From positions 54,007 to 86,006 of the forward strand of contig NZ_MPKA01000087.1 of the NCBI RefSeq assembly GCF_001945605.1: a stretch of DNA of 32,000 bases. The letters run 5' to 3'. Within the stretch, counting starts at the first letter, position 1. Every line of letters starts with the position of its first letter. The notes under the pieces are model-generated. The model did not search any database. It was not told where the DNA came from and saw only the letters and a program-made list of their open reading frames with translations. Made by a program: the position numbers and the translations under genes. Positions 25,371 to 32,000 of this stretch are shown here, piece after piece. The stretch comes from Dubosiella newyorkensis (GTDB lineage Bacteria > Bacillota_I > Bacilli_A > Erysipelotrichales > Erysipelotrichaceae).

Positions 25371-26498
25371 ATGATCTATTTTGATCATGCCTCGACGACC
25401 TCCCCTCATCCGGAGGTCGTTCGAGTATATACGAAACTCTTAAATGCTTCCTTTGCGAATGCAGATTCTTTGCATGCACCAGGGCGGAAAGTGAAGCAGC
25501 AAATGGAACGTTCGCGAGAAAAGATCGCTCAAATGCTTCATGTAAAAAATGATGAGATCTTTTTCACGAGTTGTGCTAGCGAGTCGAACTCGCTAGCGAT
25601 CGTCGGTTTTGCGCTTGCCAACCAAAATCGAGGAAAGCATATTTTGACTTCGAATGTCGAGCATTCGAGCACGAAGCACGCTTTTGATTTTTTAGAATCG
25701 GTCGGTTTCGAGATCGAACGTCTCCCAATTCATGAGGACGGAACGATCTGGCCAGAAGACATTCAAACGCATCTAAAAGAGAATACGATCTTAGTGTCGA
25801 TCATGCATGTAAACAATGAGATCGGTTCGATCAATGATATTGAACGCTTTGCTTCGATCGTGCATGAACATCCTTTTTGCCAAATTCATAGCGACTGTGT
25901 TCAAAGTTTTGGGAAGGTCGATGTACCGTTTGAGAAGCTGGATATGGCAACGATTTCAGCGCATAAGATCCATGGACTCAAAGGTTCAGCGCTTCTTGTA
26001 AAAAAAGAAAATGTTCGCTTGAAACCAATCGTTTTTGGCGGACAGCAGGAACAAGGTTTACGGGGCGGGACAGAAAACGCGCCAGCGAATATCGCCTTAG
26101 CGAAGACGATCCGTTTAGCGCTTGAAGAACAAGAAGAAGCCTACTATACGGCGAAAGAGATCAATTCGTTTCTTCGGAAAGAAGTAGAGTTTCTTGGCGG
26201 TCATATTCTTTCTCCTGCCAACGCTTTGCCTTATATTTTAAATATTTCTTTTGACGCGATCACAAGCGAAGTGCTTCAAAACGCTCTCGATCAAAAGGGA
26301 ATTTGTGTTTCTGGCAAGAGCACATGCGATTCTAAATCAAAAGCGGAGAGCGAAGTTGTTTTGGCGCTCGGTAAATCGCATAAAGAAGCAAAGCACGCGA
26401 TCCGTCTGTCGTTTGGCAAAGACAACACGATGCAAGAAGCAAAAGAATTTATACAAGCAATAGAGGAGATCTTGAAGAATTATGGCTTATCAATATGA
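25371..26498 (+). CDS. Cysteine desulfurase (class V aminotransferase, NifS/IscS/NifZ-like), thiI-associated
   Basis: 375 aa with PLP-lysine motif SAHKIHGLKG and an active-site Cys region SGKSTCDS. Immediately upstream of and overlapping thiI. Confidence 0.9.
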   Translation: MIYFDHASTTSPHPEVVRVYTKLLNASFANADSLHAPGRKVKQQMERSREKIAQMLHVKNDEIFFTSCASESNSLAIVGFALANQNRGKHILTSNVEHSSTKHAFDFLESVGFEIERLPIHEDGTIWPEDIQTHLKENTILVSIMHVNNEIGSINDIERFASIVHEHPFCQIHSDCVQSFGKVDVPFEKLDMATISAHKIHGLKGSALLVKKENVRLKPIVFGGQQEQGLRGGTENAPANIALAKTIRLALEEQEEAYYTAKEINSFLRKEVEFLGGHILSPANALPYILNISFDAITSEVLQNALDQKGICVSGKSTCDSKSKAESEVVLALGKSHKEAKHAIRLSFGKDNTMQEAKEFIQAIEEILKNYGLSI

Positions 26499-27681
26499 TC
26501 ATATCTTAATTCGATATGGTGAATTATCATTAAAAGGAAAGAATAGAAACAGCTTTATCAAGCAGCTTTTGAGCAATGTCAAAAAAGCGCTGAAAGGATT
26601 CGAGGGACTTGAATATGAAAAGAGCCACGATCGTATGTATATTTATTTGCATGGAGAAAATGCAGACGAAGTTTGCGAGATCTTAAAAAAAGTATTTGGG
26701 ATCTCTTCTTTTTCCTTGGCGATCAAAACGAAACCGGATATGGATGCAATCATTCAAGCTTGTAAAGAATCTTTAGATCTTTCGCATCCAAAAACATTTA
26801 AGGTAGCGGCTCGAAGAAACGATAAAACGTTTCCAATCATTTCCGATCAGATCAATCGACTTGTAGCAACAGAAATCTTAAAGAATAGCGATTGGAAGGT
26901 GGATGTGAAGCATCCCGATACGAAAATCGTCGTCGAAGTCCATGCGGATGCCGCATATATCATGACAGATCGAATCCCTGGAGCGGGAGGATATCCAGTG
27001 GGGGTTGGTGGCAAAGCGATCGTTCTATTGAGTGGAGGGATCGATTCGCCAGTCGCTTCTTATTTAATGATGAAGCGTGGTGTCCATATCGAGTGCATTC
27101 ATTTCGCAGCTCCTCCTTATACTTCTCAAAACGCGCAAGACAAGGTCATGGAATTGGCTCGTTTGATTTCTTGTTATCAAGGGGATATTCTTGTTCATGT
27201 TATTCCTTTTACAGATCTTCAATTAGCGATCTACCAAAATGCGGATGAAAGTTATGCGATCACTTTGATGCGGCGGATGATGATGCGCGTCGCGACGAAA
27301 ATGGCAGAGAAAAGACACGCGCAAGCGATTGCCACAGGGGAGTCGATTGGCCAAGTTGCTTCTCAGACTCTTGAATCCATGGAAGCGATCAATGCGGTTA
27401 CGAACAAGCCAATCATTCGTCCGGTCGTTTGTATGGATAAGGTGGAGATCATCGATCTTTCGAAGAAGATCCATACATATGATACTTCAATTCTTCCATA
27501 CGAGGATTGTTGCACGATCTTTACTCCAAAGAATCCAATAACGAAGCCTAAGATCGAACGTTGTCTTCGTTATGAAGCACGCTTTGATTATGAAAAACTT
27601 GTAGATCGTTGTGTAGAAGACGCAGTATCGATATGGGTCCATCCGACGACGGATCAAAGCGAAGAAGAAGATTTATTCTAG
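26482..27681 (+). CDS. thiI: tRNA 4-thiouridine(8) synthase ThiI (no rhodanese domain)
   Basis: 399 aa with N-terminal ferredoxin-like/THUMP region (ILIRYGELSLKGKNR) and PP-loop SGGIDSPVA. Confidence 0.93.
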   Translation: MAYQYDHILIRYGELSLKGKNRNSFIKQLLSNVKKALKGFEGLEYEKSHDRMYIYLHGENADEVCEILKKVFGISSFSLAIKTKPDMDAIIQACKESLDLSHPKTFKVAARRNDKTFPIISDQINRLVATEILKNSDWKVDVKHPDTKIVVEVHADAAYIMTDRIPGAGGYPVGVGGKAIVLLSGGIDSPVASYLMMKRGVHIECIHFAAPPYTSQNAQDKVMELARLISCYQGDILVHVIPFTDLQLAIYQNADESYAITLMRRMMMRVATKMAEKRHAQAIATGESIGQVASQTLESMEAINAVTNKPIIRPVVCMDKVEIIDLSKKIHTYDTSILPYEDCCTIFTPKNPITKPKIERCLRYEARFDYEKLVDRCVEDAVSIWVHPTTDQSEEEDLF

Positions 27682-27751
27682 TGACAAATATTGAAAATTG
27701 TGGTTTTTGTGAATTTACATTCTCTTGTATAATTAAACAGGGGGGTTGAAT

Positions 27752-27937
27752 ATGGCAAATCCGCAAACACAAGCAACTGAGAGATATCGGGCTAAAAAAG
27801 GGATCATTACCAAATCGATCAAGATCCCTAAAGAAATGAATGAATCATTCATTCGCGCCTGTCGAAAAGCTCGAGTTAGCCAAGCTAAAGTATTTCGGGA
27901 TTTTATAACCAATTTTATCAATGAACAAGCTGAATAA
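27752..27937 (+). CDS. Small ribbon-helix-helix-like (Arc/CopG-type) protein, orphan
   Basis: 61 aa from ATG 27752 (G-rich SD cagggggg). KSIKIPKEMNESFIRACRKARVSQAKVFRDFITNFI fits a strand-helix-helix pattern. It has its own terminator. Family assignment is by pattern only. Confidence 0.45.
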   Translation: MANPQTQATERYRAKKGIITKSIKIPKEMNESFIRACRKARVSQAKVFRDFITNFINEQAE

Positions 27938-27947
27938 GCTGAATAGT

Positions 27948-27978
27948 AAGACGGTCCAATTTGTGATCGTCTTTTTTT
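27948..27978 (+). terminator. Rho-independent terminator after the RHH-like gene
   Basis: 9-bp stem aagacggtc / gatcgtctt (one G-U pair) with an 8-nt loop, then T7. Confidence 0.8.
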
Positions 27979-28037
27979 GGCTTAACTTTTAGAGGCATTT
28001 AGTTGTTTTGATATCTTTTTTCTTCGATAATAGAGAT

Positions 28038-28802
28038 ATGCGATGTACGATTTGTAAAGAAAAACTACTTAAAAATGGAAATACCTTTCAGTGTAAAAAT
28101 GGACATAGCTTCGATCAAGCGAAGCAAGGGTATGTGAATTTAAGCCGCAAACAAAGTAAATCAGGAGATAATCGAGCGATGGTGGAGGCGAGAACTCGTT
28201 TTTTGGAAAAGGATTATTATGATTTTATGCGGCAGTTTGTAAAGGAGACGATTCAAAAGTATCATCCCCATACTCTAGTCGATATTGGCTGTGGACAAGG
28301 ATATTATACAAAAACATTTATAGCGGATGAAAAATATGGAATCGATTTATCGAAAGAGGCGATTACCTATGCGTCAAGAAATGATAAAAATACTTTGTAT
28401 ATTGTCGATAGTATTTATGATTTGCCTTTTGAAGATCATTCGATCGACATGGTCGTGAGTATTTTTACGCCTCTGCCGCTTGAAGAGATCCATCGAGTTC
28501 TAAAAAAGGACGGGCATTTATTGCTTGTCTCTCCTGGAATCGAACATCTTTATGAATTGAAGGATGTGTTATATGAGAAAGTCCGTCTTAATGATCCTTT
28601 GTCTGATCATTTGGAGGGTTTTGCGCTTGTGGAGAAAAACGAGATCCATCGCTTTGAGGATGTATCGGATCCGTGGTCTCTTTTTGAAATGACACCGTAC
28701 CGGTATCGTTCGCCTAAAAGCGGGATGGATCGACTACAGCAACTAGACCATTTACGTGTTCGTTTTTCGTTTTATGTTTCCGTTTGGAAAAAGGAGGGTT
28801 AA
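28038..28802 (+). CDS. rlmA: 23S rRNA (guanine-N1)-methyltransferase, RlmA family
   Basis: N-terminal zinc-ribbon signature MRCTICKEKL...FQCKNGHSFDQAKQGYVNL, followed by a class I SAM-MTase motif (LVDIGCGQGYY). I prefer ATG 28038. Confidence 0.85.
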   Translation: MRCTICKEKLLKNGNTFQCKNGHSFDQAKQGYVNLSRKQSKSGDNRAMVEARTRFLEKDYYDFMRQFVKETIQKYHPHTLVDIGCGQGYYTKTFIADEKYGIDLSKEAITYASRNDKNTLYIVDSIYDLPFEDHSIDMVVSIFTPLPLEEIHRVLKKDGHLLLVSPGIEHLYELKDVLYEKVRLNDPLSDHLEGFALVEKNEIHRFEDVSDPWSLFEMTPYRYRSPKSGMDRLQQLDHLRVRFSFYVSVWKKEG

Positions 28803-28803
28803 G

Positions 28804-30108
28804 ATGCTTTTGAAAATCAAACGATCCGGCATCAATGGAGAAGGGATCGGGTATAAAAAAGGAAAGCCAATTTTTGTGATGGGAGCCTTTCCCGAAGAAC
28901 TCATCGAATATGAGATGATGGAAGAAAATGAAAAATACGGGATCGGTCAACTTGAAAAAGTAATCGAACCTTCGCCGAGAAGACGGCATCCGATTTGTAA
29001 AAATCACGAACAGTGTGGTGGCTGTTCACTGATCGCTTACGATTACAAAGGACAAGTGCGGATGAAAGAAATGCTGCTCAAAGAAGCTTTAAAAAAGTAT
29101 GCTCACTATTCTGGGAAGATCTTGCCAATGATCAAGAATCCGAATGTTCTTGGGTATCGCAATGCGTTGAAACTTCCTTTATCCATGGTGGATGGAAAGA
29201 TCGAGGCGGGCATGTTCGCTCGCAATTCGAATGAGTTTGTCAAACTTGAACGTTGTATCGTTCACTCCAAACTTTTAGAAAAGGTTCGACAGGAAGTGAT
29301 CAATGCGCTTCAGCAAAATGAGATCCAGGCTTACAACAAATCGAAAATCAACGGGTTTAAAATGCTGGTGATGAAAGAATTTAAAGAAAAGGTTCAAGTC
29401 ATTTTTATCACAAGTCCAATGGAGATTCCTCAAAAGCTGATCGATGAGATCATGTCGATCGAGGGTGTTGTTTCTTTGTATCAAAATATTAAGACGGATG
29501 ATGAAAAGGATCATGATTTGTTCGGCACTAAGATGATCCACTTGAGCGGTCTTGAGAAAATGGAAGTTGAAATCAATGGCCTGAAACTTCTATTATTGCC
29601 TCGTTCCTTTTTTCAGTTAAATACTGCGCAAGCTTCGAATCTTTATGAAGTCGTTAAGAGCTGGACACCTCATAGTGATTGGATCGTGGAAGCTTATGCG
29701 GGCATTGGGGCGATGTCGTTGTTGGTCAGCGAAAAGGCAAAAGAGGTCATTGGAATCGAGTCGATCCAAGATGCGGTAAATAACGCGCAAGAAAACGCAA
29801 AGATCAATGGAATCAAAAATGCGCATTTTATCTGTGGTGATGCGGGAGTTGAATTAAACAAGCTCGATCAGCAGGATAGGGTCGATACATTGATCGTGGA
29901 TCCACCAAGAAGCGGCTTGGATCCGACAATGCGTCAAGCGATCAAGGATTCAAATATCAAAACGATCCTCTATGTTTCATGCAATCCAAGCACATTAGGT
30001 AAAGATCTGTTCGCCTTATCAGAATATGCGATCGAGAAAGTGCAGCCGATCGACATGTTTTCTCAAACTCCGCATGTTGAGACAGTTGTCTTTTTAAAAA
30101 GAAAGTAA
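28804..30108 (+). CDS. 23S rRNA (uracil-C5)-methyltransferase, RumA/RlmCD (TrmA) family
   Basis: 434 aa from ATG 28804 (SD aaaaggaggg). It has a TRAM-like N-terminus, an Fe-S cysteine cluster (CKNHEQCGGC), SAM motifs (EAYAGIGAMS, LIVDPPRSGL) and the catalytic Cys in YVSCNPSTL. Confidence 0.88.
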   Translation: MLLKIKRSGINGEGIGYKKGKPIFVMGAFPEELIEYEMMEENEKYGIGQLEKVIEPSPRRRHPICKNHEQCGGCSLIAYDYKGQVRMKEMLLKEALKKYAHYSGKILPMIKNPNVLGYRNALKLPLSMVDGKIEAGMFARNSNEFVKLERCIVHSKLLEKVRQEVINALQQNEIQAYNKSKINGFKMLVMKEFKEKVQVIFITSPMEIPQKLIDEIMSIEGVVSLYQNIKTDDEKDHDLFGTKMIHLSGLEKMEVEINGLKLLLLPRSFFQLNTAQASNLYEVVKSWTPHSDWIVEAYAGIGAMSLLVSEKAKEVIGIESIQDAVNNAQENAKINGIKNAHFICGDAGVELNKLDQQDRVDTLIVDPPRSGLDPTMRQAIKDSNIKTILYVSCNPSTLGKDLFALSEYAIEKVQPIDMFSQTPHVETVVFLKRK

Positions 30109-30132
30109 GAAAACTTTCTGTTAGGTGCGATT

Positions 30133-30174
30133 AAAAAGACTCTTCGTATTTAGAACGATAGAGCCTTTTCTTTT
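30133..30174. terminator. Probable bidirectional terminator between rumA-type and ThrE-family genes
   Basis: About 8-bp stem (gactcttcgt / acgatagagcc, with one bulge), flanked by A5 upstream and TTTTCTTTT downstream. Confidence 0.5.
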
Positions 30175-30191
30175 AGAATAAAGTGTGGAGA

Positions 30192-30638
30192 TCATAAAAA
30201 TGGATCTTCTTCTGGACGATGGATCATTTTTGAAAGAAAACGGAGAGTTGTTTGGGTCAATAAGATCGCTAATGCGATCAATCCGCATACACACATGATT
30301 TCGGATAATCGATCCATTGCAGCAAGGCGATCTCCGTGTACAAATTCTCCCATCATATAAAATGTGAGCTTCCCCGGGACAAATGGAACAAGTACAGCTG
30401 GTAGATACACAGCGACTGGCTTTTTTTCAATGCGGGCAAAGATCTCTGAGAGAATGCTGTAGATAAGTCCGCTCACAAAAGCGCGGGTATATAAACCTTC
30501 AAAAAAGCCCATACCCAAAGCGGCCATAAAGCCAATAAATCCAGCGACAACGATATCTTTTCCGCGTCCATTAAATCGAATCGAACACATTGCGCAGGCG
30601 ATTCCTGCACCTAGGGCTTTTAATACTAATATGATCAT
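30192..30638 (-). CDS. Threonine/serine exporter family protein, small subunit type (ThrE_2 / DUF3815-like)
   Basis: 148-aa hydrophobic protein from ATG 30638, which forms an ATGA overlap with the upstream gene's stop. The ORF-track extension to 30698 lies inside the upstream gene. Confidence 0.72.
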   Translation of the reverse strand: MIILVLKALGAGIACAMCSIRFNGRGKDIVVAGFIGFMAALGMGFFEGLYTRAFVSGLIYSILSEIFARIEKKPVAVYLPAVLVPFVPGKLTFYMMGEFVHGDRLAAMDRLSEIMCVCGLIALAILLTQTTLRFLSKMIHRPEEDPFL

Positions 30639-31387
30639 AATACGAGTGCTCCTAACGCAAGACCAGTTCCGGTCGCGATCGCAGCCGCAATCAAACAAGC
30701 TTCAGCAGTACGGTTTAATCCGGCTTGGTATTTTCCTGCTAGCGTGTCACGGATCGCGTTGAAAATGACCATTCCTGGAACCATGAGTGGCATATTCGAA
30801 ACGACTGTCGTTTCGATGCTTAATTGGATATGAACAAGATGTTCTAATAAAATCGGGCACACCGTCACAAAAAAGCTGGCAGCGATGATCAATAAGATCC
30901 GGTTTCCTTGATTGGTCAAGATCCATCCAGCGCCTAGCCCTATCAAAAAGATAAATGGAAGATCGATTGGATCACCAAAAAAGAGACCAAAGCCAGCTGA
31001 GCAGAATCCTGAAGCGAGAATACGGATCCATCTTGGATGGGTCGTTTCTTGTTCGATCGAGTCGAGCGCAGATTCCATTTGTTCCATGTTCATTGCTTCA
31101 CAATGATTGACGAAATCGTGAATGCGGGCGATGCGGACAAGATCGTTACTGACCTTTGTGATCTCGCAAGCGCGAGTTACGATCTGATCTTTCGTTTTGA
31201 AGGAGAAGATCATGGTGGTGGGAGTCAAAACGCATTCGGGTTTTGAAGTCCCTTTTCGCGATAAGCAAACTCTTTTCATGGATTCTTGCGTGCTGATGAT
31301 ATCGCCTCCACTCATCAATAACAGCTTTCCACAACGCATAACGATTTTAGCGAGCTGATTTGTTTCGTAAGGTTCCAAATGGATCAT
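30635..31387 (-). CDS. Threonine/serine exporter family protein, large subunit type (ThrE / DUF1212-like)
   Basis: 250 aa with a soluble N-terminal half followed by hydrophobic helices. The pairing with a roughly 150-aa membrane partner is typical of the YjjP/YjjB-type arrangement. Confidence 0.75.
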   Translation of the reverse strand: MIHLEPYETNQLAKIVMRCGKLLLMSGGDIISTQESMKRVCLSRKGTSKPECVLTPTTMIFSFKTKDQIVTRACEITKVSNDLVRIARIHDFVNHCEAMNMEQMESALDSIEQETTHPRWIRILASGFCSAGFGLFFGDPIDLPFIFLIGLGAGWILTNQGNRILLIIAASFFVTVCPILLEHLVHIQLSIETTVVSNMPLMVPGMVIFNAIRDTLAGKYQAGLNRTAEACLIAAAIATGTGLALGALVL

Positions 31388-31518
31388 CCTTTCTATAGTA
31401 ATTTATATTGTGTTATGAATATCAATACGTTCTTGTTCTTATTATAGCGATTGATTGAACGATCCGAGTAGTTTCATGCACGTTTTTTGATTAATGTTAA
31501 GTAAAAGGAGGAGAGAAG

Positions 31519-31734
31519 ATGAGCAAGTATGCGCCATTGTGGGAATATGTTCATAAGCAAGGAAAAGGTTCGTTGCTTTTGTCCTTTGATTCGATCGATG
31601 AAATTCTTGGCTTTGAGATCGATCATTCATTTCTTCGATTTAAAAAGGAATTAGAAGGTTTTGGATATAAAGTAGGAAAGATTTCCATGAAAAACAAGAC
31701 CGTGAGTTTTAGCAAGCTGAAAGGAGATGAGTAA
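31519..31734 (+). CDS. Small conserved hypothetical protein (71 aa)
   Basis: Strong SD aaaaggaggag. The N-terminal MSKYAPLWEYV...LSFDSIDEILGF pattern recalls a widespread small family of unknown function (KYxPLxxYL ... lsFxeIexilGf). Confidence 0.55.
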   Translation: MSKYAPLWEYVHKQGKGSLLLSFDSIDEILGFEIDHSFLRFKKELEGFGYKVGKISMKNKTVSFSKLKGDE

Positions 31735-31737
31735 AGA

Positions 31738-31766
31738 TCAATCTGTCCTTTAAAAATATTGAAAAA
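31738..31766 (+). repeat. Copy 1 of a 29-nt A/T-rich upstream module (UP-element-like)
   Basis: tcaatctgtcctttaaaaatattgaaaaa recurs exactly 200 bp downstream with 2 mismatches. Confidence 0.85.
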
Positions 31767-31781
31767 TAACCAAAATAACGG

Positions 31782-31810
31782 TTGACAGATAGTTAAAAAA
31801 GAAGTATGAT
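31782..31810 (+). promoter_or_regulatory. Strong sigma-A promoter P1 (probable stable-RNA operon promoter)
   Basis: TTGACA (31782-31787), 17-nt spacer, TATGAT (31805-31810), preceded by an A/T-rich UP-like tract. Confidence 0.65.
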
Positions 31811-31884
31811 AAGCAAGCGTTGAGAAAGACGCAGGACATACGAACTTCATAGATCCATCCACAAGAAAAAAATCAAATTTCTTC

Positions 31885-31914
31885 TTGACGGAAAGGGATC
31901 AGGAGGAGTAGTAT
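31885..31914 (+). promoter_or_regulatory. Promoter-like element P2
   Basis: TTGACG (31885-31890), 18-nt spacer, TAGTAT (31909-31914). Downstream aaacaagctgttgag resembles aagcaagcgttgag after P1. Confidence 0.45.
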
Positions 31915-31937
31915 AAACAAGCTGTTGAGGTTTCTCC

Positions 31938-31966
31938 TCAATCTGTCCTCTAAAAATATTCAAAAA
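31938..31966 (+). repeat. Copy 2 of the 29-nt A/T-rich upstream module
   Basis: tcaatctgtcctctaaaaatattcaaaaa, 27/29 identical to copy 1, followed at identical spacing by TTGACA (31982-31987). Confidence 0.85.
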
Positions 31967-31981
31967 ATATTGAAAAAAGTG

Positions 31982-32000
31982 TTGACAGAACAGTTCATTC
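31982..32000 (+). promoter_or_regulatory. Promoter P3, -35 element only (window ends before the -10)
   Basis: TTGACA at 31982-31987, exactly 200 bp after the P1 -35 and in the same module context. Confidence 0.4.

Noticed and set aside
28008-28037. 5' extension of the rlmA-type gene, and the analogous extensions of the rumA-type gene (28756-28803) and the ThrE_2 gene (30639-30698)
   Set aside because: The family-typical N-termini begin at the internal ATGs: MRCTICKEKL for rlmA, MLLKIKRSG with a strong SD for the rumA-type gene, and an ATGA-coupled MIILVLK for ThrE_2. The extensions overlap upstream genes or lack an SD.
6989-31387. A threonine-themed supercluster (Thr T-box/thrS, ilvA, ThrE-family pair)
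   Set aside because: The genes are separated by many unrelated housekeeping units with their own promoters and terminators. The ThrE family name does not establish threonine specificity. The grouping is probably coincidental, and only the thrS-lipoprotein linkage is physically supported.
31738-32000. Duplicated 200-bp module as insertion-sequence ends or a CRISPR leader
   Set aside because: The copies are direct rather than inverted. Each carries a consensus -35 with an UP-like tract, and no transposase or repeat-spacer structure is present. A promoter-array interpretation fits better.
1-32000. Mobile elements, prophage, defence islands, toxin-antitoxin pairs, tRNA or rRNA genes
   Set aside because: Reading all ORFs of 60 aa or longer and the intergenic regions, I found no transposase, integrase, recombinase, phage structural, Cas, restriction-modification or toxin signatures. 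I also found no cloverleaf or rRNA-like sequence. The window is essentially core chromosome.

Overview
This is a 32-kb chromosomal segment, GC in the low 40s % by eye, from a Gram-positive Bacillota genome that looks Bacilli/Erysipelotrichia-like. Supporting that placement are the rpsD / ezrA / cysteine desulfurase / thiI synteny, a T-box leader, strong AGGAGG Shine-Dalgarno (SD) sites and choline-binding-type cell-wall repeats. The window is densely packed and almost entirely housekeeping. In order it contains: yaaA, an M42 peptidase, and a metal block (ArsR/SmtB regulator, feoAB, stand-alone HMA protein, Zn/Cd-type P1B ATPase). Next come a T-box-controlled thrS that runs directly into an orphan lipoprotein, a monocistronic unknown gene, and ilvA. 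Then a DUF815-type AAA ATPase, ilvD-ilvN-ilvB, rdgB-trmL, a small membrane protein, and a secreted cell-wall-binding NlpC/P60 hydrolase. Finally an M16 peptidase pair, rpsD, ezrA, cysteine desulfurase-thiI, a tiny RHH-like protein, rlmA and rumA-type rRNA methyltransferases, and a ThrE-family pair. The window ends with a small unknown ORF and three tandem strong promoters, probably for a stable-RNA operon beyond the edge. I found no transposase, integrase, CRISPR array, tRNA/rRNA gene or recognisable defence or toxin system, and no convincing novel multi-gene system. Five observations seem most worth a second look. (1) GATC is strongly over-represented in all three codon phases, except in the cell-wall hydrolase gene. 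(2) The Thr T-box operon carries an orphan solute-binding-like lipoprotein overlapping thrS. (3) The ThrRS lacks the TGS domain. (4) The metal block has an 18-bp perfect palindrome on the feoA -10 and a 46-nt perfect palindromic terminator. (5) The 51-bp coding repeats are diversified only at synonymous sites.
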